The notes beneath the pieces were generated by a model, which saw only the letters and a list, made by a program, of their open reading frames with translations, had not been told where the DNA came from and did not search any database. Position numbers and translations under genes: made by a program. 64,000 bases of DNA from Amphiscolops sp. MND2022 (taxonomy: Eukaryota), in assembly GCA_964187785.1 (NCBI GenBank), contig OZ076409.1:13332001-13396000 (forward strand), written 5' to 3'. Shown piece by piece: positions 24,257 through 37,034 of the stretch (positions are counted from its first letter, which is position 1; each line of letters starts with the position of its first letter).

Positions 24257-26964
24257 GGGAACATGACGTTTTGGCAAGAAAAAAACTTTTTCATGCCGAA
24301 ACGTCGCGTATTATCTTGGTTTTGTTTTTGGTTTTCTACAAACTGGACCTAACCAGTTTTTAGAACTCTGGAATTTTGTAGAAAAACGATAAGACCACTA
24401 ATGTAGGAATGATGCAAAGCATAGAACGTGCCTTGGATGCCCCCATTTCCTCTAGTGCCCCGCGGCCCCTCGGGGCCTCTTATATTCCCATCTTGCTAAG
24501 CGAGGTCGAACAGGAGCAAAGACCTAGCGGGAACCGAGATCGCGAAGCGATCGTAGTGGGAGCTGGTCTTTGCGACGGTGACGGCGAGCATGCATACACC
24601 GGATATGCCCCACATATCATACGAAACGTTTCGGCGAATGTTTTTAGCCTGAGACGTTTCTGCATGTTTTTTCTACACTGCACTACTCTTCATTTGCTAT
24701 ATCGCAGAAATGCTTACAAAGACCACAGGTATCAAGTTCAAGTACGCAGATGATTCACAAATACTTGTGTCCGCTTCTGTGGAAAGCGCTCTCCATCGAA
24801 TTTTATAGAGGAATTTCAACATCGTCGAAAAATGGTGCAGGACATGGAGAATTCAGATAAATGGTTCCAAAACGGAAATAATCAACAGAAACTCCGATGA
24901 ACTGACGACTTTTGTCTTCACACTGGGAAATGAAGCATGCAAAATTAAAAGTGAAATTAAAATTCTTGGCTTGATTGTCGAAAATACTTGCAATTTCAAG
25001 GATCACACGGAACTGGTGGTAGCCCGTTGCAAGAACAAATTGCGAGAGCTACGGATTCATTGTACTAGTAGATGGTGTCTGTCCCGGAACACACTTATTA
25101 CTTTTTAAAAAACGCTGATCCTACCAAATCTACTGTACTGTGCGCCTGTTTGGTCGAACCATAATGCGGCAAAACCGAAAACCTTCCAAGCTTTTCTCAA
25201 TCGAAGTATACTCCAAACCAGGTTTAATCCAAACGAGAGTGCTGCTGAAGTCATACTGGGCACCCCACCTATCGATATTGTTTGCCAAAATATATCCGCT
25301 AAGTTCCTCACCAAAGTACTACAGCAGAAAGACCTTTTATCAGAGCTATTTATAAAAAATGAAGAACCGTAACTTTTGTGACTATCCACAGAAACATACT
25401 GAAAACTTTCTACAACAAAAAGAGCCTTGACTTAACTGACCCCTTGAGCTACACTGAAGCCATTAGTCGAACCCATATACTGCGACAATGGATTTCCTGA
25501 TGGCAATACCCAGACTTTGAAACTAACTTTTAAAAAATTGTTCCTCAAATACACACTGACCCCGCCTTGATAAAACTTTCTTTACAGAAGGAACTCCTGA
25601 GGACCGCCATCGAAGTACTCCTGGACATCAATCCATCCCTGAAAAATTTTCCCTATAATAGAAGCTTGACTGCCAGTCCGATGTGCTCCTGTCGCATAAT
25701 TGAAGAAACTGCCACTCACTTTCTATTCGATTGCCGGAATTATCTTACAAGAAATCTGTCCACAAGAAACATCAACTTGTATGACAAAAATAACTGTATT
25801 GAACTGATAGACTTTATGAAAAAAGTGGAAGGTTTGAATACCTAAACAAATACCTTACAATTTGTTAAATTCTGACAAAATGACTACTGTTTGACATGTG
25901 ATAAACAATGCCCGCTCACCTGCCTTCCCTCTGTGTCAATTCAATTTGTACTATTTACTTTCTTCTGGAATCAATGATACAAAGTCATCTGTACTGCCAC
26001 ATCCCGAAGGTTAATTGATCTCTTCTCCTTCTTCTTCTTCTTCTTCTTGTCGACAGGCATGATAGTTGGTGCCGTAATGACACGGTTTTCAGCGACCTCT
26101 AATAAATGTTCTATTTACACCCCTTGATGCGGGCAATGTTAAGCACGTGATTTATCAAAAAATTTTATGGGTGAATAATGCCGCTGATTTATATCGTGTT
26201 TGTTAGTTATTTAGTTATTCAAATCTTCAGCAGTTTCTGATGAATTCTACTAGCTTCGCGCAGTTAGTCAGGTCATAGATGTTGAAGTTCTCGGTCGGAA
26301 GATTTCTCGGTTCCCATAATCTGTAACTGAAGAAAAAGTGAATTGCATTTTTTTCGGTTCTTTTACTTGAGCATAGAGGACTAGCTGTTAAGCTTCTGTT
26401 GTAGGCAAAATTTTCCAGTGAGGGGTTGATGTCCAGGAGTACTTCTATGACATGCCTCATGAGCTCTTTGGTTGTGGATATCTTGGTCAAAACGGGGTCG
26501 TTTGCTACTCGAGGGACAAGATGTTTGAGATTTGTACCGAAGTCCGGATATTGCCATCTATAATTCCATTGCCTAAGAATGTGATTTCTACTCGTTTCTT
26601 CATCGTAGCTTAGCTTGTCGCGTAGGTTTAATGTCTTTCCGCTGTAAAATTGTCTCAACGTATTTCTATGGCCAATAAGAAACGCTAAGTCTGATTCGTT
26701 TTCTATTATTTGATTTGTCAAATGATCATTAGTTTGTATAACTTTAGTTAAAAATTTCGATGATATGTTTTGGCACAGTATGTCTAGGGGTGGATTACCC
26801 AAAAGAACTTCAGCTGCTGCCGAGTTTGCATTGTATCTGGTTTCCACTATGCTGCGGGTAATCGCATGTTGAAATTTAGTTAATTTAGTGATGTTTTGAC
26901 TCGCACATACAGGTGTGCAGTATAGCAAGGCCGGTAGGATCAATGTTTTGTACATAACTGTAAG

Positions 26965-27446
26965 GGCGGTTGTCGTTTGGATCGAATGAATTTGCGCGAA
27001 TATGCAATCTGTCACTGAGATCGAAGTAAAATGGTCAAAGAAAATGAGATCGAATCTATGTTTTCAAATACCTAGCGTTTTCAAATAACAATGTTTTTGG
27101 CCCTCGGATATGCCCCCCATTTCCTCTAATGCCCCGCGGCCCCTTGGGCCGCTTATGTTCCCATCTTGCTAAGCGAGGTCGAACAGGAGCAAAGACCTAG
27201 CGGGAACGGAGATCGCGAAGCGATCGTAGTGGGAGCTGGTCCTTGCGACGGTGAGGGCGAGCGTGCATACACCGTATATGATCCCATATTAGGTGGGGAA
27301 AACTACCTAAATAATTTTAAACGCTTTTAAACACTTTACAGGATCAAAAACCTGGCGAAACCGGAAAAATTCGATCTCAAAACCTTCGATCCATTTTCGA
27401 TGTCGCTTTTCGCTCACACAAAAATTCGATCCAAAAATACCCCACC
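26965..27446 (+). mobile_element. Mutator-like MITE (482 bp) with 9-bp TSD
   Basis: AACTGTAAG is duplicated at 26956-26964 and 27447-27455. Imperfect TIRs GGCGGTTGTCGTTTGGATCGAAT / ATTCGATCCAAAAATACCCCACC. The empty site is present in unit 1 at 19313-19321. Confidence 0.9.
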
Positions 27447-27994
27447 AACTGTAAGGGTGTGTCTCGATAGACCCCATTTGCCTGTGCAAGATCTACGATC
27501 AAGCCGAGAATTTTCGTTTGGTATTTGACTTCACATTTCTCTGTTCCCAGATGAAGCTTGTGGTCCCAGATATCCAGTGGGTGAATGGGCATTATCTCGG
27601 TTTTAAATCCGTTTATTTAAATTCGCCATGTGTTGCACCATGTTTTCACCGAATTCAGCATTTCTGAATTTTGTCGCAGAGGGAGGCTTGTGTTTCTGCA
27701 GACACAAGGATCTGAGAATCGTCCGCATATTTGAATTTAGTCCCATCAGTATTCTTCAACATTGCTGCGATGAAAAATATGAAAAGCACCTTTAACATAA
27801 TGGAGGAATTCATTGTTTTCGGTTTGCGTTAATTCGGGTTTGCGCCAAAAAAAATATATTTAATATTTTTTAATTGCAAGCAAAGATTATTTTTCGCTGT
27901 CTTGCTAGAAAACTAGTTGAAATCTTCAGTGGAGTTACATCTTTAGCGACGTGTATGCCGAGGCGTGACCTCGATGTAATCCGCTCTGCGAAAA

Positions 27995-28692
27995 ATGGCT
28001 TCTTTAAACCAAATCGAATGGAATATTAGGTCAATTAGACCTAATAAAGTGCCGGGCTCACCTTCACTCGGGTTTTTTCCAAATGAAAGATGCAATGACA
28101 GTTCTCCATTGAAAGGAAATTGTTACCTTTTCGATTGCCAGAAGTGTTCAACATCTCTAGCTTTGAAGGCCTTCGACCCTGCTTACGAACGAGGCTTGCA
28201 ATGCGTACCAAGAATTTCATCTATACCCAAACCCGAAGTTTTCGAAGAAGTTAATAAGTATCACGGAGAAGTGGAAGAGCTCTATTTTAAGTATTTTGCC
28301 CAGCTATCTGACTTCGCGAACGTTGCAATCAATGGTTGGAGCAATTTAGATGCTGTTAAGGTGTTCAAAAATGTTGATAGAACATTTGAAGAAAATAAAA
28401 TTTTTGAGAAAACAAAAGTTTTTGAATTGGATTGGCTCATCTTTAATGGACACTCGATTACATTCGTTGAATTGAAGGAGAAAAGTGAAAGAGCAAAGTC
28501 TGGATCTAACAAGAATTTCGAATGAAAAATCGATGAAATTAGAAAAGACGGAATTATCATCGAACGACTCATGAATGCTGTTCGTTTGGATGTCAAAGTG
28601 AATTATTTTATCGCCTGTCCGAATGTTTCGATTAGCGAGATTGCACAAGGGTCCTTTCTTCATGCACATCAAAAATTACTACACACTATCGT
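27995..28692 (+). pseudogene. Exon 1, copy 2: NERD-like nuclease domain with the same in-frame TGA
   Basis: Near-identical to 19937-20634, with TGA at 28523-28525 and GTAAGT donor at 28693. Confidence 0.65.
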
Positions 28693-31600
28693 GTAAGTGC
28701 GTCAATTTCATTAATATGCATCTCGTTTTGGCTGAAATCACGGAGAAATGAAAATATCCGAAGATACTACGATATTTTGCGTCTCCGTGAAAAAATTGTA
28801 TTTTGGACATTATGCAAAGCACAAGTTATCAGATTGTCCATTTATTATTTCTAAAATGAAGCTGTTTTGCTATGTAATTTTTTGAAAAAATTGAATTTCA
28901 GTATACTTAACGAAAGTAAAGAGTGGATTTATTTTAGTGGTTGTTTCTTCCTCCTGAATATTGGTTTTCCTGTTTTTTTTTTAAATCCGTGTTATTGTTT
29001 GTGCTCTAGTCGGTGGTTTTTATGTCAGAGGCAGAACCATAGTAATAGTAGGGCTTTTGCGGAGATCCGCTAGGGGCTTCTCACCCGTTACAGTCACTCA
29101 ATCACGTGGTAGGTGAGTTTCCTTTCTAGCTGCCTCCGATTTTTCTCTTGCATGTCAGTGGATTGAGGTATAGCACAGGACACGCGATACTATGCCTCAT
29201 CCACCAATGCTGTTATCTCATCTTTCTTCTGGTAGCTTTATTTTGGGTGCTTGGTGAATCAAGACAAAGCACACGACCCGTGATACTTTGCCTAGTTCCA
29301 CTTGTCCCGGCAATTGCTTCTAGTACAGTCGCACCCAATTCTCCATAAGCAGGAAAGATTTTCATCGAAGTTTGCATTTTCCAAAAAATTTGGAGTAACT
29401 GGTGTTTCAGTTTTTTCTGGTCGCAATTCAAGATCTCCAGCTTCAAGGTGTTTTTATTCTCGTGGTTCTATAAAAGAAAGCCTGCTGTAATTGGGATTTG
29501 CTGGGTCTTTCCGATTTGAACTTCAACTCTCCGCGGACAGAGAAAATCATACCCGGTAGTCTCGAATCATCAACGTGGTAGTGACCTTGTATCAGTTTTG
29601 AAAGCATGAGGACGTCGTTCAGTTGTAGATACATCGTCAACGGTAAAAGTTTGAGTTTGTACAAGGCTTCTTTATACGAGAAATTTTCCCCCAAAATCCA
29701 TTGAACAATTCTTTGTAAGCTTTCCAGTTGCCTGGAGACAAACATAGAAAGTCCAAAACAACAGCTAGCATAAAGAACTCTTGGGACAATCATGCTTTTG
29801 TAGAGACCTAGTTTCGACCGATAGGGAATGTTTGAGACAATACGCTTGATCATATAAAACAAATTTTGAATCCTTTCGAACAAGCATTATCGATGTGACG
29901 GTTCCATTTCAAGTCCTTCTGTACAATTAGTCCGAGATCCTTTTCCCAGCATTTGTTATTAACAGCGTCGTTTTCCAGATAGAAGGTCTCGATATCACCC
30001 TCGAAAGTTGAATGAGAGCAATTGTCCAAATTCGAATGCAATTTGTTGTCTTGTGTCCATGTGGAAACTTCATCCAGCTCCAATTGGTAAATATTTGCAT
30101 TCAGTCCTATCCTCAAAAGTTTAGTATTGTCAGCGAATAGGAGAGGGGTAATATTTTCACAACATGAAGGCAAATCATTTATGTATATGAGGAACATTAA
30201 AGGACCAACTAAAGATCCCTGTGGTACACCACTTTCGACTCTTTTTCGGGGACAGGCTTTCGTTAACGCGGACCCTTTGTGACCTTCCGGAGAGGTAACT
30301 GCGGAGCAGTCTCAGGAGTCTTCCGTCAATATGAAACTGGTGAATTTTTCGATGCAAAATTCCGTGATCAACTTGGTCGAAGGCTTTGCTGAAATCGGTT
30401 AGCACAATATCTACGTCCAAATTGTTCTCCAACCCTTGGTAAAATTTTTGGAGCATCAACAGTTGTAGTACTGTTAATTGGCCAGGCATAAAACCATATT
30501 GAGTTTTTTGTAGATAGGGTCTAACTTGAAGAAACAGACGAGTGAACAAAATTCGCTCGAAATTTTTTGATGGTATGCAAAGTAAACTTGTCTGTAGTTT
30601 TAGGCGTTTAGTTTACTCCCTTTCTTGTACAATGGACTCACAATGGCTTCTTTCCAAACTGAAGGAAAGGTTTAGGTTAGGAACACTTTTTTGAAAATCT
30701 GGAATAAACTTTTCTAATTCATCTTCATGGAGACATGTCTCTTTGAATAAACTTTTCTAATTCATCGTCATGGAGACCTATTTCACCTACATCCCACTGA
30801 GGAAAAGTTGTTGAACGAGTGATAGATAGAAGACTAAGATCACCGGATATCCTCGACATTGATGAGCAACAATTTCGTTTTCAGCCAGGTAAGTCAACTT
30901 TGCACTACTTATACAAATTATATCATGATATCTTAGCAATGAAAAAATTACCAATAGCGACAGTATATGATCTAGAGAAAGCTTTTGATTCCGTATATCA
31001 AACTTTATTGCTAAGCAAGCTAATAAACAGTGGTTTAAAAGGTCCAATTTTAGCCACTATGAAATCTTTTTTTATCGAATCGGAAAGTCAGTATCCAAGT
31101 CAATGATTATATAGACATGTCATTTGTCCCTCTTAATGGCTTACTTCAGGGGGCTGTACTGTCACCACTTTTGTTTATATTTTATTTGAAGGGCTTCCTC
31201 CAAGATGCGGACGTAACATATAAGTATGCGGATGACAGTACTTCCTTTTCAAGCAAAGAAAACTTAAGCACATCTTTAGAAAAGGTGGAAAACTATACAT
31301 ACAAATGGAGGCAGGTGCTGATTAAACACAAAACGACATATAAATTTCTCAAAAGAAGTATTTCAGTCCGACTATTAATTTGTTGAGAGGAGTAAAACAC
31401 TGGACCCATGGTTTGAGCGAGATTTGAGTTTCAAAACACATGCGGCCATTAACTCTGCCCCAATGGTTAATTTCTGGAAAGAAACTAGTATACTTATAAC
31501 GCAAAGAATAAAACCATTTTACGCTGTATGTATCTCTGATTCATATGTGAGACCACGTGTGACGTACTGTATGACTACTTGGTTTCATCAAAATATGACA

Positions 31601-34600
31601 TTTCTGGACAAGATGTGGTGGAGTGTTCATAAATCTATCTTTGGGATACGAAACTACCAAGTATCGAAACACGTAGTTAGTGTTTTAAGTAGTATTTGGC
31701 CTCCTTCTCTACTCTACACTCATCAAGTATTAATGTTTCTACACACGACTGCTCGAAGTGCAGATATTCTAAACCCAGGCAATTTAGCAATCATACCCCA
31801 ACATGTTAATATGGTGAGACTATTTTTGGTACACAAACTTTCAATTGTAAATCGTGATCCTGATGAAATTAGGGCAATATACATACAATATGCTAGACAA
31901 TCTTCAGTCAGTACTTTTAAGAAGGAGGTGGATGAGTATTGCAGGCACTTATGGCAACGAGAAATAAAGCAAGGTCTTATGTACTCAAATTACTCAGGGC
32001 TTTAAGTAAGAAACATTATCATGAAAATGCTTGCACCATATGCTAGGAAAATATTGTCAAAACGTTTCGTGTTCTAATGAATGATTTTGAAGTACGCGAA
32101 GTATTTTTCAGAAGTAAAAAGAGCAAAATCGATGTTTGTCCCTATTGTAGAGTTGTCAATGATACTGCACATTTCTTATTTTCATGTGTCTCATACCAAG
32201 AACACCGAAAGAGTTTCATTAGGGAGCTTAAAAATCAAAAAATTGAGGAAACGCTAGTTGGTTTGCTAAATTGCGAAAACAAGCATGTTATAAGCACGTT
32301 GGCTGGCTTTATGGGAACATGACGTTTTGGCAAGAAAAAAACTTTTTCATGCCGAAACGTCGCGTATTATCTTGGTTTTGTTTTTGGTTTTCTACAAACT
32401 GGACCTAACCAGTTTTTAGAACTCTGGAATTTTGTAGAAAAACGATAAGACCACTAATGTAGGAATGATGCAAAGCATAGAACGTGCCTTGGATGCCCCC
32501 ATTTCCTCTAGTGCCCCGCGGCCCCTCGGGGCCTCTTATATTCCCATCTTGCTAAGCGAGGTCGAACAGGAGCAAAGACCTAGCGGGAACCGAGATCGCG
32601 AAGCGATCGTAGTGGGAGCTGGTCTTTGCGACGGTGACGGCGAGCATGCATACACCGGATATGCCCCACATATCATACGAAACGTTTCGGCGAATGTTTT
32701 TAGCCTGAGACGTTTCTGCATGTTTTTTCTACACTGCACTACTCTTCATTTGCTATATCGCAGAAATGCTTACAAAGACGACAGGTATCAAGTTCAAGTA
32801 CGCAGATGATTCACAAATACTTGTGTCCGCTTCTGTGGAAAGCGCTCTCCATCGAATTTTATAGAGGAATTTCAACATCGTCGAAAAATGGTGCAGGACA
32901 TGGAGAATTCAGATAAATGGTTCCAAAACGGAAATAATCAACAGAAACTCCGATGAACTGACGACTTTTGTCTTCACACTGGGAAATGAAGCATGCAAAA
33001 TTAAAAGTGAAATTAAAATTCTTGGCTTGATTGTCGAAAATACTTGCAATTTCAAGGATCACACGGAACTGGTGGTAGCCCGTTGCAAGAACAAATTGCC
33101 AGAGCTACGGATTCATTGTACTAGTAGATGGTGTCTGTCCCGGAACACACTTATTACTTTTTAAAAAACGCTGATCCTACCAAATCTACTGTACTGTTCG
33201 CCTGTTTGGTCGAACCATAATGCGGCAAAACCGAAAACCTTCCAAGCTTTTCTCAATCGAAGTATACTCCAAACCAGGTTTAATCCAAACGAGAGTGCTG
33301 CTGAAGTCATACTGGGCACCCCACCTATCGATATTGTTTGCCAAAATAAATCCGCTAAGTTCCTCACCAAAGTACTACAGCAGAAAGACCTTTTATCAGA
33401 GCTATTTATAAAAAATGAAGGAACCGTAACTTTTGTGACTATCCACAGAAACATACTGAAAACTTTCTACAACAAAAAGAGCCTTGACTTAACTGACCCC
33501 TTGAGCTACACTGAAGCCATTAGTCGAACCCATATACTGCGACAATGGATTTCCTGATGGCAATACCCAGACTTTGAAACTAAGTTTTAAAAAATTGTTC
33601 CTCAAATACACACTGACCCCGCCTTGATAAAACTTTCTTTACAGAAGGAACTCCTGAGGACCGCCATCGAAGTACTCCTGGACATCAATCCATCCCTGAA
33701 AAATTTTCCCTATAATAGAAGCTTGACTGCCAGTCCGATGTGCTCCTGTCGCATAATTGAAGAAACTGCCACTCACTTTCTATTCGATTGCCGGAATTAT
33801 CTTACAAGAAATCTGTCCACAAGAAACATCAACTTGTATGACAAAAATAACTGTATTGAACTGATAGACTTTATGAAAAAAAGTGGAAGGTTTGAATACC
33901 TAAACAAATACCTTACAATTTGTTAAATTCTGACAAAATGACTACTATTTGACATGTGATAAACAATGCCCGCTCACCTGCCTTCCCTCTGTGTCAATTC
34001 AATTTGTACTATTTACTTTCTTCTGGAATCAATGATACAAAGTCATCTGTACTGCCACATCCCGAAGGTTAATTGATCTCTTCTCCTTCTTCTTCTTCTT
34101 CTTCTTCTTGTCGACAGGCATGATAGTTGGTGCCGTAATGACACGGTTTTCAGCGACCTCTAATAAATGTTCTATTTACACCCCTTGATGCGGGCAATGT
34201 TGAGCACGTGATTTATCAAAAACTTTTATGGGTGAATAATGCCGCTGATTTATATCGTGATTGTTAGTTATTTAGTTAATCAAATCTTCAGCAGTTTCTG
34301 ATGAATTCTACTAGCTTCGCGCAGTTAGTCAGGTCATAGATGTTGAAGTTCTCGGTCGGAAGATTTCTCGGTTCCCATAATCTGTAACTGAAGAAAAAGT
34401 GAATTGCATTTTTTTCGGTTCTTTTACTTGAGCATAGAGGACTAGCTGTTAAGCTTCTGTTGTAGGCAAAATTTTCCAGTGAGGGGTTGATGTCCAGGAG
34501 TACTTCTATGACATGCCTCATGAGCTCTTTGGTTGTGGATATCTTGGTCAAAACGGGGTCGTTTTCTACTCGAGGGACAAGATGTTTGAGATTTGTACCG

Positions 34601-35025
34601 AAGTCCGGATATTGCCATCTATAATTCCATTGCCTAAGAATGTGATTTCTACTCGTTTCTTCATCGTAGCTTAGCTTGTCGCGTAGGTTTAATGTCTTTC
34701 CGCTGTAAAATTGTCTCAACGTATTTCTATGGCCAATAAGAAACGCTAAGTCTGATTCGTTTTCTATTATTTGATTTGTCAAATAATCATTAGTTTGTAT
34801 AACTTTAGTTAAAAATTTCGATGATATGTTTTGGCACAGTATGTCTAGGGGTGGATTACCCAAAAGAACTTCAGCTGCTGCCGAGTTTGCATTGTATCTG
34901 GTTTCCACTATGCTGCGGGTAATCGCATGTTGAAATTTAGTTAATTTAGTGATGTTTTGACTCGCACATACAGGTGTGCAGTATAGCAAGGCCGGTAGGA
35001 TCAATGTTTTGTACATAACTGTAAG

Positions 35026-35507
35026 GGCGGTTGTCGTTTGGATCGAATGAATTTGCGCGAATATGCAATCTGTCACTGAGATCGAAGTAAAATGGTCAAA
35101 GAAAATGAGATCGAATCTATGTTTTCAAATACCTAGCGTTTTCAAATAACAATGTTTTTGGCCCTCGGATATGCCCCCCATTTCCTCTAATGCCCCGCGG
35201 CCCCTTGGGCCGCTTATGTTCCCATCTTGCTAAGCGAGGTCGAACAGGAGCAAAGACCTAGCGGGAACGGAGATCGCGAAGCGATCGTAGTGGGAGCTGG
35301 TCCTTGCGACGGTGAGGGCGAGCGTGCATACACCGTATATGATCCCATATTAGGTGGGGAAAACTACCTAAATAATTTTAAACGCTTTTAAACACTTTAC
35401 AGGATCAAAAACCTGGCGAAACCGGAAAAATTCGATCTCAAAACCTTCGATCCATTTTCGATGTCGCTTTTCGCTCACACAAAAATTCGATCCAAAAATA
35501 CCCCACC
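35026..35507 (+). mobile_element. Mutator-like MITE, duplicate of 26965-27446
   Basis: TSD AACTGTAAG at 35017-35025 and 35508-35516. Confidence 0.9.
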
Positions 35508-36056
35508 AACTGTAAGGGTGTGTCTCGATAGACCCCATTTGCCTGTGCAAGATCTACGATCAAGCCGAGAATTTTCGTTTGGTATTTGACTTCACATTTC
35601 TCTGTTCCCAGATGAAGCTTGTGGTCCCAGATATCCAGTGGGTGAATGGGCATTATCTCGGTTTTAAATCCGTTTATTTAAATTCGCCATGTGTTGCACC
35701 ATGTTTTCACCGAATTCAGCATTTCTGAATTTTGTCGCAGAGGGAGGCTTGTGTTTCTGCAGACACAAAGATCTGAGAATCGTCCGCATATTTGAATTTA
35801 GTCCCATCAGTATTCTTCAACATTTCTGCGATGAAAAATATGAAAAGCACCTTTAACATAATGGAGGAATTCATTGTTTTCGGTTTGCGTTAATTCGGGT
35901 TTGCGCCAAAAAAAAATATATTCAATATTTTTTAATTGCAAGCAAAGATTATTTTTCGCTGTCTTGCTAGAAAGCTAGTTGAAATCTTCCGTGGAGTTAC
36001 ATCTTTAGCGACGTGTATGCCGAGGCGTGACCTCGATGTAATCCGCTCTGCGAAAA

Positions 36057-36737
36057 ATGGCTTCTTTAAACCAAATCGAATGGAATATTAGGTCAATTAG
36101 ACCTAATAAAGTGCCGGGCTCACCTTCACTCGGGTTTTTTCCAAATGAAAGATGCAATGACAGTTCTCCATTGAAAGGAAATTGTTACCTTTTCGATTGC
36201 CAGAAGTGTTCAACATCTCTAGCTTTGAAGGCCTTCGACCCTGCTTACGAACGAGGCTTGCAATGCGTACCAAGAATTTCATCTATACCCAAACCCGAAG
36301 TTTTCGAAGAAGATAATAAGTATCACGGAGAAGTGGAAGAGCTCTATTTTAAGTATTTTGCCCAGCTATCTGACTTCACGAACGTTGCACTCAATGGTTG
36401 GAGCAATTTAGATGCTGTTGAGGTGTTCAAAAATGTTGATAGAACATTTGAATAAAATAAAATTTTTGAGAAAACAAAAGTTTTTGAATTGGATTGGCTC
36501 ATCTTTAATGGACACTCGATTACAGTCGTAGAAGTGAAGGAGAAAAGTGAAAGAGCAAAGTCTGGATCGAACAAGAATTTCGAATGAAAAATCGATCAAA
36601 TTAGAAAAGACGGAATTATCATCGAACGACTCATGAATGCTGTTCGTTTGGATGTCAAAGTGATATATTTTATCGCCTGTCCGAATAATAAAAGGGTCCT
36701 TTCTTCGTGCACATCAAAAATTACTACACACTATCGT
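36057..36737 (+). pseudogene. Exon 1, copy 3: NERD-like nuclease domain, most degraded
   Basis: Extra TAA at 36453-36455, the shared TGA and a net 17-nt deletion near 36685. Motif reads ELDWLIF..VVEVK; donor at 36738. Confidence 0.65.
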
Positions 36738-37034
36738 GTAAGTGCGTCAATTTCATTAATATGCATCTCGTTTTGGCTGAAATCACGGAGAAATGAAAAT
36801 ATCCGAAGATACTACGATATTTTGCGTCTCCGTGAAAAAATTGTATTTTGGACATTATGCAAAGCACAAGTTACCAGATTTTCCATTTATTATTTCTAAA
36901 ATGAAGCTGTTTTGCTATGTAATTTTTTTGAAATAACTGAATTTTAGTATACTTAACGAAAGTAAAGAGTGGATTTATTTTAGTGGTTGTTTCTTCCTCC
37001 TGAATATTGGTTTTCCTGTTTTTTTTTAAATCCG

